Shown here: one piece after another, positions 24,061 to 37,300 of the stretch
Layout: every line of letters begins with the position of its first letter
Position numbering within the stretch: position 1 is the first letter of the stretch
Assembly (NCBI GenBank): GCA_028534125.1
Contig: CM052816.1
Span: forward strand, 14,634,001 to 14,698,000
DNA length: 64,000 nt
DNA from: Lama glama
Taxonomy: Eukaryota
Direction: 5' to 3'
Translations under genes and position numbers: made by a program
Notes under the pieces: generated by a model
Databases searched by the model: none
What the model saw: only the letters and a program-made list of their open reading frames with translations
What the model was told of the DNA's origin: nothing

Positions 24061-25324
24061 GAGAAGCCAGAACTGATGCTGGGGAGAGAAGGAGGCCTGT
24101 TCAGGACCCCGCAGGAGAAAAACAGGGAGAGAGCCGTTGAGGCAGAGAGACAGAAACCTAGAGTCAGAGATGACCAGAGACACACATACAACCGGAGATC
24201 TGGTTAAAATTGGAGACTGAGGCAAGAAGAGGCTTAATGACAGAGAGCAGAACAAGAAGAGGGACAAAGATTTAGAGGAAGAGATGGAGATGGAGTGGGG
24301 CAGAGACAGGGACAGAGTAGAGATAAAACTCAGGGAAACAGAATCCAAGATAAGTCTAGGTAATAGACCAGGATCAGGGTCAGGCTGGATTCAGAGACCT
24401 GAGTCCAAAGATGTGGGCAGGGCAAAGTAAGGCTCAGAAAAGGAAAGCTTGAAGAAAGCAGAGGTAGGGGGATGTCATTTCACATGGCCGAATCCATATA
24501 GGGTGGATGCTCCTGTGTGCGCACAAGTGTGTGAACAGGCTGCAGGTGGTGGGGAGTGGAGACCGTGCAGTACCCCTGGCCTCTGGTCCCTCATCTCTCT
24601 GGCCTAGTTCTCCATCTCATCCTCACTCCCCAAGTAGCCTCTGCCCAGAGCTAGGACTTCACATGCTGGTACTGCTTAGGGCTCTCTGGGCAGCTTGACC
24701 GAGGCAGGCAGGATGTGGGGGCGGCCAGGGCTGGAGGGACAGGAAGGAAGTCTGAGCAGACAATAGGTGGAAGGGGAGGAGGAACTGGGAATGACCAGGA
24801 TTAGGATGGCCCGAGCCTGTACCTCAGCTCTGGAAACCAGTGGGAGTGGGATCTGCAGCTCCCCTCTCCTCTTGTGCCACAGCTGCCCCTGTCCCCACTT
24901 TATGCCACAGTGAATCAGGCCACATCATGGGCCCCCTCCTCCCTACCACCCTCCTCTACCCTGCCCCTGCGGAGTCTGGGGAGTGTGCAGTAATGCAGAG
25001 GCAGAGCTTTAACCCAGATCCAAGGTGGGTGGGAGGGCGGGGGCCAACAGTACCACTGACTTGCCTAGGGCACTCCGCGTCCCCTCTCTGGGCCTTATTT
25101 TCCTCATCTGCAAATAAAGGAGTTCTCCTCTAATGAGAAAGCCCTATCTGACTTTGTGGGATGGCTCTGCCTCCAGATCACAGTCCTCTGGTCATTTTTC
25201 TTTGGAGGAAGACTGAAGGCTGGTATCCCCTGTCCAGGCCTCCGACTTTGGGACAGGGAGGGGGAATCTCAGCCTGAGCCCTCCCTTCACCCTGCCCCTC
25301 CCCCCAGCAATGGCCTGAGCCCCC

Positions 25325-28300
25325 ATGGCTGCCCCTCAGGACCTGGACATCGCTGTGTGGCTGGCCACGGTGCACCTGGAGCAGTATGCAGACGCGTTCC
25401 GGCAGCATGGCCTGGCTACAGCGGGTGCAGCCCAGGGCCTGGGCCCCGAGGAGCTGAGGCAGTTGGGCATCAGCGCCACAGGGCACCGGAAACGCATTCT
25501 GCGCCTGCTGCAGGCTGGCACTGCAGAGGTCTCCCTGGATCCCCGATTGGATAGTGCCATGGAGCCATCACCCAGCCCAGCTCCTCAAGCCCAGCCCACC
25601 AAGCCTGTGCCTAAGCCCAGGACAGTATTTGGTGGGCTCAGTGGCTCCACCGCCACCCAGAGGCCTGGATTGAGTCCAGCCCTCTGGAGACCAGAAGCAT
25701 CCAAGAACTCAGAGTCCAGCCCCAGGTCCTCTCCTGTCCCCATCTCCTCCTCGGAGCAGCCTTCAGCCTTAAATACTATGGAGATGATGCCCAATGCCAT
25801 CTACTTCGGCCTGGACTTAAGAGGCGGGGCACAGCCAACTCAGGACATGTGAGTGGGGTTGGCTCCCTGGAGAGCCAGTGCTGGGTGGGAGCAGGGAGGA
25901 GTTGGACATGAGGGCTTGTCCTGCCTTCTCTCTCCCTTAATGACCATTAGACCTTTCCCCTAGGGCCCCAGACAGCTCCCAGACTGCTGCCCCCACCCCT
26001 GCTCTCAGGCCCACAACAGGCACAGGTAGGTGGGTTTTCATAGGTTGGGGGAAGAGGCACAGTGCCCTTCAGGACCTCAGACACTCCCACCTGATCTCCT
26101 CTTCCCTGTCTCCCCCATTTCTCTCCCTGCCAGTGCACATCATGGACCCTGGTTGCCTGTACTACGGTGTCCAGCCTGTGGGGGTCTCAGGGGCCCCCGA
26201 TAGAAGAGAAGGCAGAGGTGTCTGTCAGGACAGGGCTGAACACAGGTGAGTGTCCACAGGGTGATGATGGCAGGAAGAGGGGAAGCTTGAGGAGCAGCTG
26301 AGCTGATGGCGGCCATGTACATCATTATTTATCAAATGTATATTGAGTGTCCCCTGTGTGCCGGCAGGGTTCTCAAGATACAGGATGAATATGACAGACC
26401 CAGCCCCCCTCTTCAGGCAGCTTGTGACTCAGTGGGGCAGACAGGAAATAAAACAGGTGGACAAACAAATGAATATCTAATTTAAAATAGGGAGAAGTCC
26501 TTTTTGTTCTTTCATTTAAGGATCTTTATTGAACACCTACTGCATGCCAGGGATTGTTGTAGATACTTGGGATAGATCAGAAATCCCTGCCCTTGTTGGG
26601 AGATAGTCAATTCACAGTAGCTATAATACCTAAGTTCCGCTGTATGTCAAAACGTGGTAAGTGATGTGGGAAAAAATCCGAGCAGGGTAAGAGGGCTGGG
26701 ATGGAGTGGTGGGGGTTGGGGAGGGGTGTGGACTGCAGTTTTCCCATTAAGAGTTGCCAGAGTGGTAAGCAGATGACATTCAAGCCAAAACTTGAAGGGG
26801 ATGAGGGAGTTACTGCTCTTCTAGGAGAACAGTGTTACAGGCAGGAAGAGTGGCCAGAATAGAGGCTTCAAGGAGGCCATGTGCCCAGGGGGATCCGGGA
26901 GCCTTGACAAGGCTGGACTGGCGGCAGCAGAATGGGCCAGGAGGGGAGGAGTGGGAAGGGATGCCTGTCAGAGAAGTGGAAGGGGCCAGATCCGGTAGGC
27001 CCTTGTCAGAACTTTCGTTTTACTCTTAGTGAAATGGGAAGCCAGCCATTGGAAGGGTTTTGACTTTCATTTTAAGTATCCCTCTGGTTGCTGTGTTGGG
27101 AATGGTCTGTAGGAGGCAAAAGCAGAAGCAGAGTGACCAGTGGGGAGGTTCTTATAGTGATCTAGGTGAGACGGTTCAGGCTAGGGTGATGGGAGTAGAG
27201 GTGGTGGGAAGTGGTTGAATTTTGGTTATGTTTTGAAGGCAAACTGTCCTAGTACCTTGGGGTGTGAGAGAAAAGAGCGGTCGAGAATGACTTCAGAGGT
27301 TTCAGTTTAAGCTTGCACTGTCCGGTGTGGTAGTCTGTAACCACATGTGACTGCTGAACACATGAGATGTGGCTAGTCTGGTGTGAGATACATTGTAACT
27401 ACAAAACAACCACATTTTAGTTTGACGGTGCTGTTCTGAACAACTGAAAGTTCCTGGAGTTGCCACGGTTTGAGATGGGGAAGACTCTGCATAAAGCAGG
27501 GGCACGTGGCAGTAGATTAGATTATAGACCATGGGATTTCCAAGTCTGGAGTTCATGGGAGAGATCTGAGGTGGAGATCTGAATTTGTGAGTTGTCAGCA
27601 TTTAGATGCGCACATGGAGCTGTGAGTGAGTGTCCATAGAGCAGAGGACCACGATCAAAGTCCTGGCACACTCCAGTATCAGGGGGTTTGGGAGAAGAGG
27701 AAGAATCAGCAAAACAGGCTGAAAAGAAATGGTTAGTGAAGTAGAAGAAGATCAGGAGAATGTGATGGCACAGGAGCCAAGTGAAGACTGTGTAAGGGGG
27801 AGGGAGGGGTCAGCTCTGTCAAACGCTGCTGAGAGGTTGGGTAAGATGAGGACTGGGAATTGGCCTTTTGGAATTGGCACATGGAGGTCACATAGGACCT
27901 TGACAAATGGTGGGGGTGAAAGCTGGGTCAGAGTGGACTCAAGAGAGAACAGGAGGAGAGGAGCTAGAAAAGTGAAGGCAATTATTTTTGAGTAGTTTTT
28001 CTGCAAAGAAGAGCAGAGAATCAGAGTGATTATTGATAGTAAAGGAGGAGTCAAAAAAAGGGGTTTTTAGGGGAGAGGGTATAGCTAAGTCGTAGAGCAC
28101 ATACTTAGCATGTATGAGGTCCTGGGTTCAATCCCCAGTACCTCCATTAAGGAAAAAAAAAAAGAAGAGGTTTTTTATGGCATGGAATATTCCATGTTTA
28201 TAGTGGACTAGGGATGATATGGTAGAGAGGGAAAATTAGCTGATACTGGGAGAGAAAGGGGAGAAAGCCTGGACCCATGTTCTTGTGTAGGTGTGAGGAC

Positions 28301-31300
28301 TAGGATTAAGTGCCCAAAGGATGGACTGGCTTTAGACGGGGCTATTCATTATAGTAGCAGGAGGAAGGCAGTGTATGTGTGAAACTGGGCAGATGAGGCG
28401 CTGGGAGTCTGTGGGGGTTCCCGTTTGATTGCTTCAAATTTTCAGTGAGGTAGGAAACAAATATGGTAAAGTAGTGGTTCCTCAACCTTAACTGCACTGC
28501 AGCCTGGGGAACTTTTGAAATGACAGATGCCTGGACCCCGTCCCCAGAGATTAAATATTTGGTATAGGGCCCATATACCAGTATTTTTAGAGTTCCCAAG
28601 TGGTTTTGTGCAGCGGAGATAGGAACCACTTGAAAGTGACAGAGGATAGCAGAGGACCTTCTAAGAAAATAGACCAGAAGGATCAGAAAAAACAGCCCAG
28701 GGAAGCATGCTCTAGGCAGAGGAAACAGCATGTGCAAAGGCCCTGAACTAGAGGAGAGAATGTAGTTGAACTATAGTAAGCAAGGTGAGGGTGATACAAG
28801 ATGAGGTCAGGGGAGTAGCCATGGGTCTCATGGTACAAGGGCTTGCAGCCCCTGGTAAGGAATTTGGGTTTATCTTAAGTGCAAATGGGAAGTTATTGCA
28901 GAGTTTCATGTGGGAGAGTGAAATGATCCTATTTGCATTCTTAAAAGAGCACTCTGGTGTCAGTGGGAGAATGGCTGTTCAGTGGGCGAGAAAGAGTGGA
29001 AGCAGGTGACCAGTTAGGCAATTCACATCACCTTGGTGAGAACCAGTGGGAGCCTGGTCCAGGGAGAGAAATGCAAGAACTTTTTGGAGAGAGAGGCAGT
29101 AAGACTTACTAATGAGATATGAGCAGCAGTGGCAGGAAGCTGTCTACACAGCCCTCCCCCAACTTTTCCACCAGGTAATCCTAATGGCAGAGGAGAGGGA
29201 ATGAAATTTTTTGAATGAAGAACCCAAGTGTTTGGGGAAGAAGCTCCATGCTAATCTTTTGGGTTCCCAACCTCCCTGTTCCTCTGCTTAATTTTTATTA
29301 AAAAAAAATTTTTTTGTTGTGTTGGGGAGGCGGAAGCTAATTAGGTTTATTTATTTATTTTTAATGGAGGTACTGGGGATTAAACCCAAGACCTCGTGCA
29401 TGCTAAGCATGTGTTCTACCACTGAGTCATACGTTCCCCCCTGCTCCATTCTCATTTAAAAAGCAGATCCAGTACCTGCCAGGCATTCCGCTAGTTATTG
29501 TGGTGAAGGTGGCCAGGGAACTGAGTCTAATGTGTGTCCCTCTCTGTCTTGGCCCCCACAAGGCTCAGCAGGCAGGATCTGGAGGCACGGGAGGATGCTG
29601 GCTATGCCAGCCTTGAGCTGCCCGGGGATTCCAGCCTCTCGCTGCCCACTCTGGATGCAGAGACCAATGATGACCTCATTTCACCCTATGCCAGCTTCTC
29701 CTCCACGGCCGACCGCCCAACGCCCCTGCTCAGTGGCTGGCTAGACAAGCTCTCTCCTCAGGGGTGGGGCTGCTCAGAAGGGAAGGGAGGCGGGGCAGGA
29801 GGCTGGGTGGTGGTGGTGGAGGTCAGGTCCCAAGTGCTCCCAGATCCTAGGAGCCCCTGGGATGCAGCCTTTACCACTTACTAATCTCAGCCCCTCCCTT
29901 CCCCAGAAACTACGTCTTCCAGAGGCGCTTTGTACAGTTCAATGGGAGGAGTCTGATGTACTTTGGCAGTGATAAGGTGGGTCTAGGAGATGCTACGTGC
30001 GACCTGGGGAGAGGGAGAGGGAGAGGGAGGGCTGAGAGTGGCTCGGGATTGAAGGGCCAGTCCCCCCATGGTGGGGAGGCAGTCATCACATGACTGATGA
30101 GTCTAAAGGAGCTAGGTTAGCAGCTGCATCCCACTGCTTGTGGAATGAGTGCTGATCTCATTAAAAGTTGGTGCTGGCCCCTGGGGTCAGCGCACATGGC
30201 TAAGTTCCTGTCCTCATGGGTCAATGGGCTGTCCCTCTAGGACCCCTTCCCCAAGGGTGTGATCCCTCTGACCGCCATCGAGATGACTCGCAGCAGCAAG
30301 GACAACAAGTTCCAGGTCATCACCGGCCAGAGGGTGTTCGTATTCCGCACAGAGAGCGAGGGTGAGGGCCAGGGCTCCCCGGGTCAGGGCAGGGCTGGGG
30401 AGGCCGGGTGAGCACACAGCCCACTGACCTGCTTCCTCATCCCCGACCAGCTCAGCGGGACACATGGTGCTCCACTCTGCAATCCTGCCTGAAGGAGCAG
30501 CGCCTCCTGGGCCATCCTCGGCCCCCGCAGCCGCCCCGACCCCTCCGCACAGGCATGCTGGAGCTGCGTGGGCATAAGGCCAAGGTGTTTGCTGCCTTGA
30601 GCCCTGGAGAGCTGGCACTGTACAAGAGTGAGCAGGTGAGGAGGGCCGGGCTGGAGCCGAGGGGCCCGACCTAGCCCATTCTGGCCTCACTGTGCCTGCC
30701 CTGACCCTGTCAGGCCTTCTCTGTGGGCATCGGGATCTGCTTCATTGAGCTGCAAGGCTGCAGTGTCCGGGAGACCAAGAGTCGCAGCTTCGACCTGCTC
30801 ACGCCCCATCGCTGCTTCAGGTGGGGCCCAGACTGGCAGGAGGCAATGCTGGGGGCGAGACTTTTGAAGGAGACCCTGGGGGTGCAAAGGATTAGAGGCC
30901 TCTTCTGTAGGTTATCAGTGCATATGCACTGAAGGGAGTCTGGTAAATGGGATCAAGGATGTCAGGAGGGTCCAGGCTGGCCCAGGTATGGCCTGTGGTG
31001 GCTCCTGCAGTGGGGTGGGACAGATGGGGGGTTGTCCATGCCCACGGACTGGCTGTCCACCCCTCAGCTTCACAGCCGAGTCTGGGGGGGCTCGGCAGAG
31101 CTGGGCGGCCGCTCTGCAGGAAGCAGTAACCGAGACCCTGTCTGACTACGAGGTGGCTGAGAAGATCTGGTCCAATCGGGCAAACCGGCACTGTGCGGAC
31201 TGTGGGGCCTCCCGCCCGGACTGGGCCGCTGTCAACCTGGGGGTGGTCATCTGCAAGCAGTGTGCAGGTGAGGGCCAGAGCCTTTAGCTGAAATGGGGAG

Positions 31301-34300
31301 GAGGAGGGGATTTGGGGCCAGAGGGCTCAGGATACCGATGCCACGTGCCTCTCACACCCTAAAAGGTCAACATCGGGCCCTGGGTTCTGGGATCTCCAAG
31401 GTGCAGAGCCTGAAGCTGGACACAAGTGTCTGGAGTAATGAGATAGTGCAGGTGAGGAGTCTGAAGAGGGAGAAGTGGCTGGGGGAGGGGATGGAAGGAG
31501 AGCATGCAAAAAAGTCCTTGGGTCCAGCTGGAGGACAGGATTGGAATGTCTGGGGACTCTTGAGTTCCTATCACTTGCCTCTGCCCCTTGTCTTCCTGTA
31601 GTTTTTCATCGTCCTGGGAAATGATCGTGCCAACCGCTTCTGGGCAGGGGCACTACCCCCAGGTGAGGGGCTGCATCCAGATACCACCCCTGGCCCTCGG
31701 GGAGAGTTCATCTCCCGGAAATACCGGCTAGGTCTCTTCCGGAAGCCCCACCCTCAGTATCCAGATCACAGCCAGCTTCTCCAGGTAGGGAGGAAGGTTA
31801 GGGCTGAAGGGGAGGGGGGAAAGCAATCTCCTAGTTGAGATGCCTAAACTTGGAGTGGGCGCTGTTTTTGGTGGCAAGAGGACAGTCCCCGGGGCTCCGG
31901 GGCTGCGTCTTGGGCTGACAAAGACCCTTTTCTCCCTGCAGGCACTGTGTGCAGCTGTTGCTGGACCCAATCTGCTGAAGAACATGACCCAGCTCCTGTG
32001 TGTGGAGGCCTCTGAGGGCGAGGAGCCCTGGTCCCCCTCAGCCCTCAATGGCAGCTTCCCTGGTCTCCTGCCCCCAGGTAATCCCCACAAATGCCTCCTT
32101 TTTCTCTCTGCAAGAATTCTAAGCTGCAGCCAGTGCGTCAGTTTTTCTGAGGGGCCCCAATTACTCCTCACCAAGCACATCACAGTGGCCCAGCCTGGGC
32201 AGTTTCCCAGCCCTCCAGATCCTCCAGGGTCTATTTCCTGATGTTTTCAAATGACCAGCAGTGGCCACTGTCTGGAGTGGATCTGGATGTTATAGGTGGT
32301 AGTGCTGGCCTACCCCTGACAGGGTCAACCTGTAGACCAGATCTCTCCTCCCCAGGGGCAGTCTGATCCTAGAAATGACCATCTTAAAGAGGCTGGTCTC
32401 CAGTAGTCAGGGGCCAAGACACTTACAGAATGGTCCATGCTCTGAGGCCTCCACCCAGAGCTGACTTGTTGTTGCCTGGCTGGTGGGGGACAGGCACTGG
32501 ACAAGGGCTGGCTTAGAAGCCTCACCACTCCCTGCCACCCTCTTTTCTAATCGGGGTAGTGAGGCATCCAGCCCCACTGGGCTCTACTTGGCCATGCTGC
32601 CAGTGGAGTTGGGTCCCACTGCTTCTTTGGTTCAATCCCTTCCCCAGGGTAGACAATCCACTCCATGGCACTGGCCTGATCTGACCACTTCTTCTCCTTA
32701 CAGACTCCTCCCTTGGTGTGTACAACGAGGTGGTGGTGCCTGCCACTTACAGCAGCTTTCTGTACTGTGGTCCCATCAGCAACAAAGCTGGACCCCCACC
32801 CCCTCGCAGGGGCCGAGATGGTAAGAAGGGAGCCAAGGGATGGGAGGAGATGGGCAGAAATCAGGATACACTTGAGTGTTCCACAGAGAGCCAGGGAGGA
32901 GAGGACTGGGATGGGAAAGGGGCAATGCCCTGGAGTGGGCTAGGTGCTGGGGTTCAGAGAGGGACGATGCCAGGCAGCAGCATTGGGTGATAGTTGAGAG
33001 GCTGTGCTTTGAAGTCAGGCTGTTGAGGTCCAATTCCAGCCCTGCTACTTTCTACCCACATGGCTTGGGCAAGCTACTCAAATTCTGAGCCTCAGTTTCC
33101 CCATCTGTAACACAGGAGTGAATATAATACCTACCTCATAGGGTCACTGTGAAGATTACTTGAGGTCACACAAAGGCAAAAAGCTTGGCATAGAATAAGA
33201 ATCTGGTAAATGGGGATTTGGACAAAGGGTGATGGGGACAGAGGCCTGCTGCCTGCTGACCACCAGTTTCCCTCTTAGCTCCCCCCCGACTGTGGTGCGT
33301 GCTGGGTGCGGCTCTGGAAATGTTTGTGTCAGAAAGCAGCCCTGAACCTCTCAGCCTCATCCAGCCCCAGGATGTTGTATGTTTGGGTGTGAGCCCCCCA
33401 CCCACTGACCCAAGTGACCTGGACAGGTAACAACACCCCCTCTACATGCTCCCTGAATTTCCCTTTTCCCTTCCTGATCCCAAGCCTGCCAGCCCCCTCA
33501 CTCACCCTCATTCTCCTCCCTGACCTCTCTTGTCTCAAGGTTCCCCTTTTCCTTTGAGCTCATCCTCACCGGGGGAAGGATCCAGCACTTTGGCACAGAT
33601 GGAGCTGACAGCCTGGAGGCCTGGACCAGTGCTGTGGGCAAGGTGAGATAGCCAAGACCCCTTCCCAACAGCTCATGGTTTCCCTGTCTCCACCTGCCCC
33701 CACCCCATCCTCTCCTTTTCCTAGAGCCACTCCTACCCCTTCCACTAACAGCTAAGTTCGACCAAGCAATTATTCTGTCAGGCCCTGTGTTAAACGCCAC
33801 CCACTCAATATCTCATTTAATTTTCACAACCCTCAGAGGTAAGGATTAATATTTTACACCTAAAGAAACTGAGTCTCAGAAGTAATGAAGTCACTTGGTC
33901 AAGGTCACAGAGCTAGGAGGCAACAGAGCCCAGGACCAAAATCAGGCTTCTGTCTCCAAGCTCATGAGCCAAACTTCGCTGTGCTGGGCCTCTTCCCACA
34001 GAGAGACTCCCTCTGACTCTTGCTCCCATCCCCCAACTCCCAGTTCTCCAAGTCCAGAGGCAAAGCTGCCTTCATCTATCCCAGCTTCTCCACTCCCAGG
34101 CCAGCCAGCCTCTCTCCATCCTGCACTCTCCCCCTTGAATGAAAAGTTCAGGCACTAGAGTCAGATCTTTGAGTCCTCCCAGATGAGTGGATAGAGTGGG
34201 TGTAAAAAGGCTCACCTGCTAGGGTTGAGGATTAAGTGACACACGAGTCTCCCCTCCCCACCCCACCCCCCACCCCCGCCTGGCACACAGCAAGCCCTCT

Positions 34301-37300
34301 ATCTGTGGGTGTTGCTGTAGTCATGGCAACAATGATGACCATCGCTCCCATCCTTAAATTGCTTTTCCTTCAACCCTGCTCCACCTTCAGCTCACCACCC
34401 CGGTGCCCTCCTGACAACTTCTTAGAAAGTCGTGTGCTCTGGCTTAACCCCTTGCGACTGCCCTCCTCCGCCATACTCTTCTGAGATGCTACCTTGCAGG
34501 CGGCCAGTGACTTCCCCTTGCTGAAGTCCAAGGGCCTTCTCCTGACCTCAGCAGTTCATCTCTGCACCTGACACTTCTCTTAGGAAACGTGCCACTGCTC
34601 TGGCTTCTGACCCCACTCAAGTCCTCATACCAAGCTGTCCCCATATCCTTTAAGGGCTCTGTCGTGGCCCTCGTAGCTGGATCCAAGTCTCCTCTTATTA
34701 CCTACTTTCCAAAAATCTCTCCCATCCTTTAAGGCAGAGTGACGCCAAGTGTGGTCTGCAGACTCTTCCCGATCCCGGCCCAAGGATAGGCTAAGTACAG
34801 AGCTTGAGAGTTAGCGTTTAGAATCCTTCATAACAATTGGATGGAGTGATTTTATGTGTGGAATCTAATTATAAAAATTGGGGATTTATATTTTGTATGT
34901 TTTTTTTCATTTTACTCTTCTAGTAATTAGTTCTATTGTTTTTTTTTTATTCAAAGTATTGGTTAGTGACAGATTGGTAATTTTTAAAAAGACTTCCTGT
35001 TCCTTCAGCCACAGGTAGATTGAGAAGCACTGCTTTGAGGTCCATCTGAAATAGTCTTTTCTCCACAAAGCCTCTCCCCGGCACCTCAGGGGTGGGACTT
35101 CCCAGGGCATCATGACTCTTCAGTTATAGTACGTGGCTACTCAATCTGTCTTATCCCCACATCCCAATTAAGGGCATAAGACTGCCTGCCACACAGGGGT
35201 CTTCTCTGTGCTGGCTGAAGCAAATCAAATTGAATTGCATTTCTCTCCTATCTTTCTCTATCCATCTCCTATCTCCTTTCCTGGTCTTTCCTTCCCTCTC
35301 TCCCATCCCTTTTCATTCCTCTTTCTCTTTTGCTTTCTCTATGTCATTTTCTGCCTTTCCATGTCCTTTTTACTCTTACTTCTTTCCCCCACCCCTTCTC
35401 TCTTTTTCCATCCTCCTCTCTCCCTATGTCCTCCTCCCGCCTCACAGTGGTTCTCCCCACTGAGCTGTCACCAACTGTTGGGCCCTGGGCTGCTGCGGCT
35501 GGGTCGCCTGTGGCTGCGGTCCCCCTCCCATACTGCCCTAGCCCCTGGCCTCTGGCTATCTGGGTTTGGACTTCTTCGTGGAGACCACCTCTTCCTGTGT
35601 CCAGCATCAGGCCCTGGTCCCCCAGCCCCTGAGGACTTGGTGCATCTGCGGCGGCTACAGGAGATCAGTGAGCAGGGGTGGGGACAGGGATGAAGGGTGG
35701 CTGTGGGGGCAGGGTGGGAAGTGGACTTTCATCTATTTGGGGGTCCCTATGAGAAACAGCAGAACATAGTGGATTCAGGCACAAGTTCTGGAATCAAATT
35801 GCCCAGATTTAGACCCCACGCCTCTATCACATCCTAGCTGTGTGACCTTGAACAAGTTACTTAACCTCTCTGTGCCTTAGTTTCCTCACCTTCACATTAG
35901 GCACAATAATAGGGTTGTAATGAATTTCAAGTAAGGCAATGTATATAAAACAGTTATCACAGAACCTGTCAGGAGGCATCTTATAAGTGTTCAATAAATG
36001 TGATTGGTATAAATGTTACTGTTACTATCATTATTTGGAGTCCTTGCTAGTTGGGGACTGGGAACTCTCATTTCCTCCTAAAAGAGGAACAGGGTAGGAT
36101 AATGTTTCAAGGTTTTGGAGACAAGAAACCTGAGCTCCAGCTCCACTTTACCATTTTACAGCAAATAATCTGAGGCAAGTTACTTAACCTCTCTGAACTT
36201 TAAGGTGTCACCTGTAAAATGGGGATAATGGTATATAACTTGGGACTTAGTGCAGCATTGCTTGTAAGGCTCCTAGCATGGAACCTACATACCTTAAATA
36301 CTTGGTAAACATTAGTCACTATGATGAAGATGACAATGATGATAACACCTGATGATTCTCCTCCCAGGTGTGGTCTCAGCAGCTGACACCCCAGAAAAGA
36401 AAGAACATTTGGTTCTGGTGGAGACAGGAAGGTATGTCTTGTCCCTACACCTGACTCTGGGCCCCTCTTTCTAGAGCACAGCCCACCCTCTCCACCCTGC
36501 TGGACCACTGCCTACTTCCTCAAAGTCACTTCCTTAGTTCAGGGATCCTGTCTGAGTTGGGCATTGCTGCCCCCTGCTGGTGGCTCTGGGAAGTCTGGGC
36601 CGCTCAGAGGACTCCCCTGGAGCTGGCTGTGACTCGGGTCTCTTCGGTTTCAGGACCCTCTATCTGCAGGCAGAGGGCCGGCTGGATTTCGCAGCGTGGA
36701 ACGCGTCCATTGAAGGGGCAGCTGGCGGGGGAGGCACAGGGTTGCAGGAACAGCAGATGAGCCGAGGTGACATCCCCATCATCGTGGATGCCTGCATCAG
36801 TTTTGTCACTCAGCATGGTGAGTGGATACTGGCTGATACTGAGCCAGTGGGGGATGAGGAACATGGGCATGGCAGGGGTGTGTGTATGTGGCTTGCCTTC
36901 AAAAGCTGTGCCTCCAGAGACTGCAGCCTGATAGCAACAGCTGTATGATCCTTGGCAAGCTGCCCTTCTGAGCCTCAGTCCCCACATCTTTAAAATGGAG
37001 CTACTAACAGTCTAATTTTCCAGGATAGTTGCGATAGTGAGATAACTTAGCGTGGGACCTGGCAGGTAGTGTGTTCCAAAGCAGCTATTACTGGGGCGTG
37101 GGCATGGAAGGAGTGTGGCACTGAGCTGTGACGGGAGATGCAGAACCATGGAGAACAAAGAGGAGGCAGCTACAAGGCAAGAGCCAAGCTGTGCAGCAAA
37201 ATCCTTGAGGGTCCGAGCAGAATTATTCTGTGTGGGAGGTTTTCCGGCCGTAAAGGATCAGCCACACAAGTGGTTCCCAGAATTCTTTGTGAATTTTTGG

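Larger units (their letters stand above)
26330..29100 (-). mobile_element. Fragmented L2 LINE copies in ARAP3 intron 4 with nested younger elements
   Basis: L2 3' ends (TTTATTGAACACCTACT..GCCAG) and L2 body motifs (GGAAACAGCATGTGCAAAGGCCCTGA; TGTCAAACGCTGCTGAGAGG). Confidence 0.65.

Noticed and set aside
23166..24348. Long ORFs (180, 193, 292 aa) over the ARAP3 promoter
   Set aside because: By-products of GC-rich and AG-repeat sequence; no domain or consistent splice structure.
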